Positions 11,645 to 22,676 of a stretch of DNA of 64,000 nt are shown piece after piece. The notes under the pieces were generated by a model, which did not search any database, was not told the origin of the DNA, and worked only from the letters and a program-made list of their open reading frames with translations. Position 1 is the first letter of the stretch, and each line of letters begins with the position of its first letter. Source of the stretch: Okamejei kenojei (Eukaryota); contig JAVHYY010000112.1 in NCBI GenBank assembly GCA_035221665.1, forward strand, positions 186,001-250,000, written 5' to 3'. A program made the position numbers and the translations under genes.

Positions 11645-12343
11645 ATCTGACCTACTGGGTGCGAGACACAGGTGACAGGTGACGAGCGGTCGGCTGCACT
11701 ACTTCCCCAGGAAGCGCATTTGAATTTGCAGTTCCACCTTATCCGAGGGAAACGCCAGCACAAACTAAGCGACGCTTTGATGTCCATCTCCTCTCCGTCC
11801 GCTACTGACACCCGGCGCTCCCGGTTGCTGTTTTAATACGTCTCTCCATTCCCAAGCCAACCTGCAATTTCTTCGACTTCCTCCACTGCTAGCGTGAGGC
11901 CAAACGGAAAAAAAGGAGGAACTTCACGTCACGTTCCTCTTTAGTAGTGTGCAGACAGACGGTATGGGCAATGGATTATATAATTATCGTTAGCCCTGCT
12001 CCATCGGGCCCTTTATCCAACCACTGGCACCCACTCATATAAATCCGTCTCGAAACACCCCGCTCCTTGTCACCAACCTCCCCCACACCATCTGTCCAAA
12101 TTCTGCACATTCCTTCCAATGGGTACCGCACCCTGATTATTCCCTCCTACCCACCCTACGCAGATTTTCGCCCTTTTTCCACCTTCCTTTCTCATGTGAT
12201 TAATTAACTGCAGCCCGGTTACCGCTACCAATCACGTCACAGCCTTTGTTATCTTCCCCCTCCCCCTCCCCTGGCTGATTCCACCCACCAATCCATCTCT
12301 TATCACTTCGATCCCCCAGTCGCAAGCTAAGCTTTATCATTGC

Positions 12344-15300
12344 AGTATGTGGGAGGTCAGAGCACTGCTGGTGCCTCTGGCTGCTATAAATGTGAGAAGT
12401 ACGTCCAGGTACAGCTCCTGAAGGACCGTGTTGGGGAATTGGAGAAGCAGGTGGATGACCACAGGTTCGTCCGAGAAACTGAGTCGTTCCTGGACAAGTC
12501 CTACAGTGAGATTGTTACACCTAAGGTACTAGAAGCGAAAAAGTGGGTGACGGTGAGAAAGTGAGGGAAACTTGGAATGCAAACGTCCCCGGGCGTTGTA
12601 CCTATTGTGAGCAGGTTCACCCACTGAGAAGCTGTCGGGACAGAATACATTAAAACACTGAGCGGCGAAATGGCTTGTGAAGCAAAAAGGGCTGTTGAGC
12701 CAAAACCAAAGAGGCCAACGTGAGGCAAGACCATTTATGTTGGAGACTCCATTGTGAGAGGTGCGGACAGGGGTTTCTGCGGCAACAGACGGGATTCGAG
12801 GATGGTGTACTGCCTTCCTGCTGCCAGGATCCAGAATGGCACGGACAGAGTGCAGAAAATCCTCAAGGGTGAAGGTGAACATCCGGAAGTGGTAGTGCAT
12901 GTCGACACAAACGATGTCGGAAAGCAGGGAATGTATAGTCTGCAGCGTGACTTTAGAGAGCTCGGAAAAATGCTGAAAAGCAGGACCTCCAGAGTTGTTA
13001 TCTCCGGTTTGCTTCCAGTTCCTCGTGCTGGCGAGAGCAGGAATAGAGATATACGGGTCCTGAATGTATGGCTGAGTAACTGGTGCAGGGGGCAGGGATT
13101 TAGATTCTTAGATCACTGGGATCTGTTTTGGAGTAAGAGGGAACTGTATAAAAGGGACGGAATGCATCTTAACAGGTGGGGGACCAGCATTCTGGCAGGC
13201 AGGTTTGCCACTGCTACACGGGTGGCTTTAAACTGAATAAGGGGGGTGGTGTTTCAAATGGGATAGTCGAAGATGGAGTTAAAGGGGAAAGAGAGTAAAA
13301 TGATGGTTAATGACCCCAGAATTAACGGGAAAGGAAGCTCACAAAGGGATAGAAGAGTATGGCCAAGTGTAATAGGGATCGATGTGAAAGGTGAGATACG
13401 TAAGGAATTAAAAGTATTGTATATGAATGCGCGAAGTATAAGAAGTAAAAGTAGAATGAGCTTGAGAGTTAGAGGTTGGCAGATATGACATTGTGGGGAT
13501 TACTGAGACGTGGCTGCAGGAGGATCGGGCCCGGGAACTTAATATTCAGGGTTATACATCCTATAGTAAGGACAGGTAGGTGGGCAGAGGAGGGGGGGGG
13601 GTAGCTCTGCTGCAGAGGGATGGAATTCAGTCCCTTGTGAGGGAAGACATAGGGACTGACGAGGGTAGAGTCACTGTGGATTGAGTTGAGGAATTGTAAA
13701 GGCAAGAAGACACAAATTGGTGTTATTTACAGACCCCCCAAATAGTAGCCCGGATGTAGGGAGTAAGTTGCAGCACGAGTTAAAACTGGCATGTAACAAA
13801 GGTAATGCCACTGTGGTGATGGGGGATTTCAATATGCAGGTAAACTGGGAAAATCAGGTTGGTTCGGGACCCCAAGAAAGAGAGTTTGTAGAATGCCTCG
13901 GAGATGGATTCTTAGAGCAGCTTGTAATGGAGCCGACCAGTGAGTAGGCAATTCTGGATTTAGTGTTGTCCAATGAACCAGATATGATAAGAGAACTCGA
14001 GGTAAAGGAACCGCTTGGAGGTAGTGATCATAATATGATTAGTTTTAATCTGCAATTTGAGAAGGAGAACGTTAAATCGGAAGTGGCAGTGATGCAGTTG
14101 AACAAAGGGGACTGTGAAGGCATGAGAGGGGAGCTGGCCAAAGTAGACTGGAAAGGGATCCCAGCAAGAATGACGGTGGAACAGCAATGGCAGGAATTTC
14201 TGGGCATAATCCGGAAGACGCAGGATCATTTCATTCCAAAAAGGAAGAAAGATTATAAGGGGAGTAGGAGGCAACCGTGGCTAACAAGAGAAGTTAGGGA
14301 TAGATAAATATTAAAAGAAAAGATGTATAACACAGCAAGAGTATCGGAAGACGGAGGATTGGGAAACTTTCATAGGACATATGGGTCCCTTGCAGGCAGA
14401 CACGGGTGAAATAATTATGGGTAACAAGGAAAAGGCAGAAGAGTTGAATAGGTACTTCGGATCTGTCTTCACTAAGGAGAACACAAACAATCTCTCAGAT
14501 GTACTAGAGGACATAGGTAGAGGGGGGTAGAGGAACTGAAATAAATTTTCATTAGCGAGAAATAGTATTGGGTAGACTAATGGGACAGAAAGATGATAAA
14601 TCCCCTGGGCCTGATGGTCTGCATCCCAGAGTCCTCAGATTAGATTAGATTATCCTTTATTGTCATTCAGACCGTTCGGGGTTCCAGGGAGGTGGCTCTA
14701 GAAATAGTGGACGCATTGGTGATCATTTTCCAATGTTCAATTGATTCAGGATCAGTTCCTGTGGATTAGAGGATAGCAAATGTTATCCCACTTTTCAAGA
14801 ACGGAGCGAGAGGAGATAGCGGGGAATTACAGACCAGTTAGCCTGAGCTCGGTGGTGGGAAAGATGCTGGAGTCAATTATTAAAGAGGTAATAATGGAGC
14901 ATTTGGATAGCAGTAAAAGCATTTGTCCAAGTCAGCATGGATTTACGAAAGGGAAGTCATGCTTGACTAATCTTCTGGAATTTTTGGAGAGTGCGACAAG
15001 TAAAATGGATGAAGGGGTGCCAGTGGATGTAGTCTATCTAGATTTACAGAACACCTTTGATAAGACCCCGCACGGGAGACTGGTGGATAAAATTAGACCA
15101 CTTGGTATTGGGGGTAGGGTGTTGACAAGGATAGAAAATTGGTTGGCAGACCGGAAGCAAAGAGTAGGAGTGAACGGGTCCTTTTCAGAATGGCAGGCAG
15201 TGGCGAGTGGAGTGCCGCAAGGCTCTGTGTCGGGGCCACACAATTGTTTACCATATATTAATTGATTTGGAAGAGGGAAATAGAAGCAAAACTAGCAAGT

Positions 15301-16208
15301 TTGCGGATGACACAAAGCTGGGTGGCAGTGTGAACTGTGAAGAGGATGTTAAGAGGTTGCAGGGGGACCGGGACAGGTTGAGTGAGTGGGTAGATGCGTG
15401 GCAGATGCAGTATAATATAGATACATGTGAGGCTATCCACTTTGGTGGCAAAAATAAGTCGGCAGTTTATTATCTCAATGGGGATAGGTTAGGTAAGGGG
15501 GAGGTACAGCGAGACCTGGGTGTCCTTGTACACCAGTCACTGAAAGTTGGCGTGCAGGTACAGCAGGCAGTGAAGAAAACTAATGGAATGTTGGCCTTCA
15601 TAACAAGAGGATTTCAGTATAGGAGTAAAGAGGTTCTTCTGCACTGGTATAGGGCTCTGGTGAGACCACATCTGGAGTAATGTGTACAGTTTGGGTCTCG
15701 TAATTTGAGGAATGACATCCTTGTGATTGAGGCAGTAGGTTCACTAGATTGATTCCTGGGATGGCGGGACAGTCATATGGAGTTTAGTTTCACCAGTTTC
15801 AGTAAAGTTTACAAGGATGAGGGGGGATCTTATAGAAACATATACAATTATAAAAGGACTGGCCAAGCTCTAATGTTGGGTGAGTCCAGAACCAGGGGCC
15901 ACAGTCTTAGAATAAAGGGGAGGTCATTTAAGACTGAGCTGAGAAAAAACTTTTTTACTCAGAGAGTTGTGAATTTATGGAATTCCCTGCCACAGATGTC
16001 AGTGGAGGCCACCTCACTGGATGGATTTAAGAGAGAGTTGGATAGAGCTCTCGGGGCTAGTGGAGTCAAGGGCTATGGGTAGAAGGCAGGCTCGGGTTAT
16101 TGATAGTGGATGATCAGCCATGATCATATGAATGGCGGTGCTGGCTCGAAGGGCCGAATGTCCTCCTCCTGCACATATTTTTATACGTTTCTATGTTTGT
16201 ATGTTTTT
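12344..16208 (+). mobile_element. CR1 LINE with most of ORF1 (zinc finger/SGNH esterase) and ORF2 (APE endonuclease + RT), degenerate
   Basis: CYKC zinc finger; VGDSIVRG, VHVDTND and DGMHL esterase motifs; YMNARSIR and MGDFN endonuclease motifs; NYRPVSL and FADD RT motifs; CTATGTTT tail. TSD ATTGC at 12339-12343 and 16209-16213. Empty site at ~54830. Confidence 0.93.
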
Positions 16209-17073
16209 ATTGCGCTGGCATATTGAAGATAGATATCTCCCATCCACCCCTTCACTCCAGAGGAAGGATCTCGACCAGAAACTGTCTATTTCCTTCCACG
16301 GATGACGCCTGAACTGTCAGTAGTTTGGTTTATGTTTGCATTACAGATCGGTTCTACAGTAGAACGAAGATTGAATGTTTTGTTCCCTTGAGTAAGCATT
16401 ATTTTTTCCAACTCGGCCTTCTGTTCTTACCACTAACAACATCAAGGAACTGAGCAAGTGACATTTCTTAAATAATGTATTAATTCCGTGCCTTGGATTA
16501 ACTTGAATGCAGAGACACTGGAAATTGCAGATGCTGGAACATTGAGCAAAACTCAAAGCACTGGAGGAAATCAACGGACCGGGGAGGATCTTTCGAGGAA
16601 TGTCTGACCCGTTGAATTACCCGACTGTTATGCATTGCATTCCTTTCTGTTTCACTGATTTCATTCACCCTTAGTTGACACCTTTTTATGGAAATGCCGT
16701 TTGCAAATATTCCCTTTTATGGATAGTTTAGTAAGTTTAAGGTATGAGATTTGTTTGGCTTGGCATTTTCTTTGGTACGGACAGATCGAGGATCCCATTC
16801 CTGTGTAGTACATTTCTATGAACTATTTTCTATGCTGTTCAAGTCATCGTTTTGTGTGTTGAACGTTGGTTTTGCTCCAAAACATCTGGAGTTCCGCCGG
16901 TGATTTGTCATTGTGCATCATACGTAACGGATTTACATCGCGCTATTTCACCTTTCTACTTGTCAGCGTGGCATAAGGTCAGATATTCCGCTTTCTAGAT
17001 AAAGGTTATTAATTTTATGGGAAAGATGGGGAGAGAAGTGAGAGAATAAGGAATGTGGAATAAGCAGAGAGGG

Positions 17074-17075
<2 letters not shown>

Positions 17076-17130
<55 letters not shown>
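17076..17130. repeat. (TG)n microsatellite
   Basis: Uninterrupted TG run; much shorter in the paralog at ~55769. Confidence 0.95.
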
Positions 17131-17134
<4 letters not shown>

Positions 17135-17552
17135 TGTGTTTTGGGGGTGGGGCGGAGTTTGATAGTGATGAATGAAGTGAGATTGACGAAGAGTGAAAGG
17201 GGAAACTAGATGCATATATATTTAGAGAGCGAGACTGTTGATAAGGACAAAGTTGATCAGCGCAATCGCTGGAAATTAAAAGTCTTCGGGACTCATAGAG
17301 AGGGGTGCGAGTTTGATGACAAATACAACCATGAACACGATGGGGGGAGAGAGCAGATATTGTGGAAAGAAAGACGTATATCCTGAATACACGTTGAAGC
17401 CAGTGATAGCGAAAGAACGGAGGTAGCTGCAGACGGCGCAGAGGGCAAGATAAACCTAGTGGATATGGAATGAGTTTTCATGGCCGCAGGAAACCACAAA
17501 CAGCATGCGCGCTGCAAGCATATATGGGCTCAGAAAGCAAAGCAGAACCTGA

Positions 17553-17590
17553 TGTTTTTGTGGGATGATTTAACTGGTTTAATCACTGTG
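17553..17590 (-). other. RSS of V4 (CACAGTG-22-ACAAAAACA)
   Basis: Plus-strand cactgtg at 17584-17590 and tgtttttgt at 17553-17561; 22-nt spacer. Confidence 0.92.
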
Positions 17591-17683
17591 CTCCTTAGAG
17601 CGCAGTAAGAAACTGCGGAGTCGCTCAGCTGCAGCCCCGAAAGGGTTAAGCTAGTGAATTTTGTTTCGGTGTGGAGCCGGGCA

Positions 17684-18928
17684 TAGAAACATAGGAACAT
17701 AGAAACATAGAAATTAGGTGCAGGAGCAGGCCATTCGGCCCTTCGAGCCTGCACCGCCATTCAATATGATCATGGCTGATCATTCAACTCAGTATCTTGT
17801 AACTGCCTTCTCTCCATACCCCCGATCCCTTCAGCCACAAGGGCCACATCCAACTCCCTCTTAAATATGGCCAACGAACTGGCCTCAACTACCTTCTGTG
17901 GCAGAGAATTCCACAGATTCACCACTCTCTGTGTGAAAAACGATTTTCTCATCTCGGTCCTAAAGACTTCCCCTTATCCTTAAATTGTGACACCTTGTCC
18001 TGGACTTCACCAACATCGGGAACAATCTTCCTGCATCTAGCCTGTCCAACCCCTTAAGAATTTTGTAAGTCTCTATGAGATCCCCCCCCCTCCCAATCTT
18101 CTAAATTCCAGCGAGTACAAGCCGAGTCTATCCAGTCTTTCTTCGTATGGAAGTCGTGCCATCCCAGGAATCAGTCTGGTGAAACTTCTCTGTATTCCCT
18201 CTATGGCACGAATGTCTTTCCTTAGATTAGGAGACCAAACCTGTACGCAATACTCCAGGTGTGACCTCACCAAGACCCTGTAAAACTGCAGTAGAACCTC
18301 CCTGATTTTGTACTCAAATCCTTTTACTATGAATGCCAACATACCATTCGCTTTCTTCACAGCCTGCTGCACCTGTATGACTACTTTCAATGACTGGTGT
18401 ACCATGACACCCAGGTCTCGTTGCATCTCCCCTCTTCCTAATCGGTCACCATTCAAATAATAGTCTACTTTCCTTTTTTTCCACCAAAGTGGATAACCTC
18501 ACATTTGTCCACATTATACTGCATCTGCCATGCATTTGCCCACTCACCCGGTCTATCCAAGTCATCCTGCACCGTCCTAGCATCCTCCTCACAGCTAACA
18601 CTGCCCCCCAACTTCGTGTCATCCGCAAACTTCGAGATGTTGCATTTAATTCCCTCGTCCAAATCATTAATGTATATTGTAAATAGATGGGGTCCCAGCA
18701 CTGAGCCTTGCGGCACCCCACTAGTCACTGCCTGCCATCCTGAAAATGACCCGTTCACTCCTACTCTTTGCTTCCTGTCTGCCAGCCAGTTGTCTATCCA
18801 CATCAATACTGAACCACCAATACCGTGTGCTTTAAGTTTGTATACCAATCTCTTATGTGGGACTTTGTCGAAAGCCTTCTGAAAGTCCAGATATAACACA
18901 TTACACTGCTTCTCCGTTATCCACTGGA
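17684..18928 (-). mobile_element. 5'-truncated CR1 LINE inserted in FR3 of V4
   Basis: YLDFQKAFDKV, SGVPQGSVLGP and FADD on the minus strand; tail at 17684-17712; V coding sequence continues on both sides; short ATA duplication at the junctions. Confidence 0.93.
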
Positions 18929-19429
18929 TAAAAGCGAGCACGGGCAAAATCTGCTTTTCTCGCACTTCCTTGTGAATCTTCCCACAGTATGAACTCGGGT
19001 CCTGAGTCTGGAATATACCGGTACCAATATAAGATGTAATACAGCTCGGCGGTAGCAATGGTGCAGCTGAAATTCACCGACTCTCCTTCTTTCTGTGCAG
19101 AAGGCAGCGACTGTGTGACGGAATCTCCATGACTGGGATCATGAGACAATATGGATTCGGTTTGGTTTTATTATTGTCATACGTGCAACGAAATACGCGG
19201 AAGTGTTTTGCATTACATGCTATCCAACGGATCAGCTATTACAATACAAACAGACAATCAAATCAAACTCTTGATCAATAGGCAGGGCAAAGGGGAAGAT
19301 ACAGAATACAGATTATAGTCATTATTTAAGTTAAACAGTCCCATGTACAAAGCCCAATGTTCACATTAGACGAAAATTAAATCGAACAGTTCCCTAGCTT
19401 ATGGAAATGAATGGCACAGTAACCCAGGA

Positions 19430-20490
19430 TAAGGTTTTGACATGGACATATAATTGGTTGGCAGTCCGGAAATAAAGAGTAGGAATAAACTTGCCCCTAT
19501 CTGAATGGCAGGCAGTGGTGAGTGGACTGCCGCAAGGCTCGGTGCCAGAGCCGCGATTATTTGTAATATATATTAAACGATTTAGACGATGGAATGAAAA
19601 GTAACACGAGCAAATTTGCAGATGGCGCTAAACTGGGTGGCAGTGTGAACTGCGAAGAGGATGCTAGGAAGTTGCAGGGTGACTCGGACAGATTCAGTTA
19701 GTGGGCAGGTGCATGCCATATGCAGAATAATGTAGATAAATATGAGGTTCTCCACTTTGGCGCCAAGAACAAGGAGGCAGATTATTATCGCAATGGTGTC
19801 AGGTTAGGAAGAAAGGGAGTGCAACGAGACCTGGGTGTCCCTGCACACCAGTCACTGAAAGTAAACATGCAGATTCAGCAGCCGGAGAATATAGCTAATG
19901 GCATGTTGGCCTTCATAACGAGAGGATTTGAGTATAGGAGTAAATTTCTGCAGGGCCCTGGTGAGACCACATCCAGAGAATTGTGTGCAGTTTTGGTCTC
20001 CTAATTTGAGGAAGGACATCATTGCTATTGAGGCAGAGCAACAAAGGTTCAACGGGGTTAATCCCCGGGATGGCGGCAGTGTAGGGAAGATTGGAAAGAC
20101 TAGAGGACTAGAGGGGATGTTATAGAAACATATAACACTATGAAAGGACTGGACAAGCTAGATGCAGGAAACATGTTCTCAATGTTGGGGCAGTCCAGAA
20201 ACCATGGGCCACAGTCTAAAAATAAATGGAGGTCATTTAAAAATGATATGAGAAAAAAAACCCGAGAGAGTTGTGAATTTGTGGAATTCTCTGCCACAGA
20301 AGGCAGCAGCGGTCAATTCACTGGATGAATATAACAGTTAGATAGTTGTGAGGTTAGCGGGATCAAAGGATATGGAGAGAAGGCAGGCACGGATGGAAGA
20401 TTGTGATGATCAGCCATGATCACAATGAATCGTGGTACTTGCTTGAAGAGCCTAATGGCCTCCTCCTGCACCTATTTTCTTGTATTCTAT
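19430..20490 (+). mobile_element. Older degenerate CR1 fragment in the V4 intron
   Basis: Decayed RT C-terminus (LVRPHPENCVQFWSP) and 3' UTR; absent from the paralogous V9 intron (~56830). Confidence 0.88.
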
Positions 20491-21711
20491 GGTGGTGTAA
20501 CGCACAATACCCAAGATATATTTTTATATAGGCAACTTAGACTGGTTCCAGACGCCACTCCAAATGCATTCCCTTTCACATCTGAACTGTTGCTATTGTT
20601 TTACCTGTCAGGCATGCTCCACACACAATCCATATGGCGAAGTATCGCATTTTCCAATGAATTGTTTGGTAAATAACCTCCTCGATCGAGTGCTGTGGGG
20701 CTTTCGGGTTTGCTCGTATCTCCTGCTTGCGCTGAAGAAGCTGTGACCAGGGTGAGCGGGCAATGACTGGCAGCGAATGGGAACCCCTGTGCCGAATCGC
20801 TCCGCCCTCCTTACCCCGTCCACTTCAATTTCCCAAGCCACGGCATGTCTGCGTCCTCCCGGGAAGTGGTTCCGCTTGCAGCGATCCCGGTGGGGAAGAA
20901 AACCTCCTTATCCTTGTGCAGGGAAGGTCTAGACCTGACAGGCATTATGGAGGAACGAGGACTCCATCTAAATAGACATGAGCGAGTTTACCGAATGCCC
21001 GTTGAATCGTGCTGTTTGGTGAAATCTTCGAGTCATCAAATGTGGCAATTTCCGCATCGAATGTCAGAAAAAGGGTTAGATCCGAAATAGGTGCGTTGCG
21101 CGTTCTTTGTTATAATCGTGTAGTTGGAGACATCGGCTACGTCGAGACACCGAGAAGGAACATTTGTGCAAGCGTCAGGGAGGAAAAGGAGAGAATGGGA
21201 GAAGAGGTAGAGAAGGCGTATCTATTATGTGAGAGGGCATGTGACTGTTGTTGACAGAACCAGGGAAAGATATTAAAAGTACCAACACCTTGGAGCAACG
21301 GCGCTATTCACTTCCGTTCGAAAGGTCACGTGGCGAATTTGAGGAAAACGCTAACGAACAGGAACATTCGGGAAGAAGTAAAACTCTGTGTCGGCGCCAA
21401 AACGTGGCCATACTTGTGCACTTGCCTTTGATTCCCAGTTTAACCGGGTTTCCATTTCACTGTACTTAGTTACCTGTGACAATGAAGTATCCTTCTATCA
21501 TTGAATGGAAAATGTAATACAGGGAACAAATGTTACACTATTTATGGTACAAGCGTCTGAAAAAGCATGGTTAAATTAACCACGACAGAATAAAACAGCT
21601 TCATACAACACAAAATAGGTTTATTCAATCCTCGACGTCCATGTCGCTATTTTTTACCATCTTCACCAATCACGTTTGCCCGGTTCGCCTTGCAGCGATT
21701 CTCTTTGAATT

Positions 21712-22000
21712 TAGTTTAGAGATTTAGCGCGGAAACAGGCTGTTTGGTCCAACGGGTCCGCGCCGACCAGCGATCCAGCATATTAACACTATCCTACACA
21801 CACTAGGGATTTGTTTTTACATTTCCCAAGCCAATTTACCGACATACCTGTACATCTTTCGAATATGGGAGGAAACAGATGAACTCTGAGAAAACCCACC
21901 GAGGCCACGGGGAGAAAGGACAAACCCCGTACAGACAGCAGCTGTTGTCGGATTCGACCTCGGCGCTATAAGGCTGCAAATCTACCGCTGCACCACCACA
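21712..22000 (-). mobile_element. V-SINE (HE1-like, tRNA-derived head, CR1-like tail); further copies at ~36775-37065, ~52855-53125, ~58093-58400
   Basis: Minus strand begins GGTGGTGCAGCGGTAGA (A-box-like), has a central TCTCCCCGTGG...GTGGGTTTTCTC V-domain-like block, and ends with a CCTGTTTCCGCGCT-type tail. Confidence 0.75.
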
Positions 22001-22676
22001 CGCCCTGTGCAGAGTTGTTTATGTAACCCCCCTTGTGAAAGTTGTGATTTTATCTGGTTCAATCCCCTCTTCTGGAGGCTTCTTCCGAATATCAAGGACT
22101 CTCTCTGCAACAAAACATATGTCTTAGATTTCTCCTAATGCTGCTTCTTCTCCACTTAAATCATGTTTTTGATTACACTACATCCGACAGGGATATTCCC
22201 TACCGCCTCACGCGACGCTTCTCGCAACGTTACAATCTTCTGTGAAGTTACCCTTCAACCCCTTTATTTCAGGCCAAAATAATATCAAACGTGTTTCTTT
22301 GCTGCCCGTGCAAACTGTTATAACTGTTATATACAAACCCACGGACTCCCGCAGTATATACCTCTTCCCATTCTGCCCCTTACAGATACGATATCCTCTC
22401 TGAATTCGTCCATCTCCACCGCATGTGCTCCCAAGATGGGGGTTTCTTAATTCCTTCGTTGTCACCTGTCCCGAAATGGAACAATGAAAGTCTCACTTGC
22501 ACTAGCACCATATATATATAAACAATGTACCGTGTACAACCCATAAAACGAACAAAAACCTTCAGTGTATGTATGTAAAAACTGAGAAATAAATTGGCAA
22601 TAACCATCAAAAATAGACAATAATAAGCACAACCCTCCTAATCTCTCCACACCTCTTATACCAGCACATTATCTGA

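Larger units (their letters stand above)
17591..20650 (-). pseudogene. TCR alpha/delta V segment V4 (leader 20605-20650; V exon 19139-18929 and 17683-17591, split by a CR1 insertion)
   Basis: Leader MRYFAIWIVCGACLT-G|GT. Exon reads DPSHGDSVTQSLPSAQKEGESVNFSC...LYWYRYIPDSGPEFIL...ARF / ARLHTETKFTSLTLSGLQLSDSAVSYCALR. The splice acceptor reads TG instead of AG, and FR3 is interrupted. Confidence 0.92.

Noticed and set aside
21960-22000. tRNA gene
   Set aside because: tRNA-derived head of a SINE, continuous with the SINE body; no full cloverleaf.
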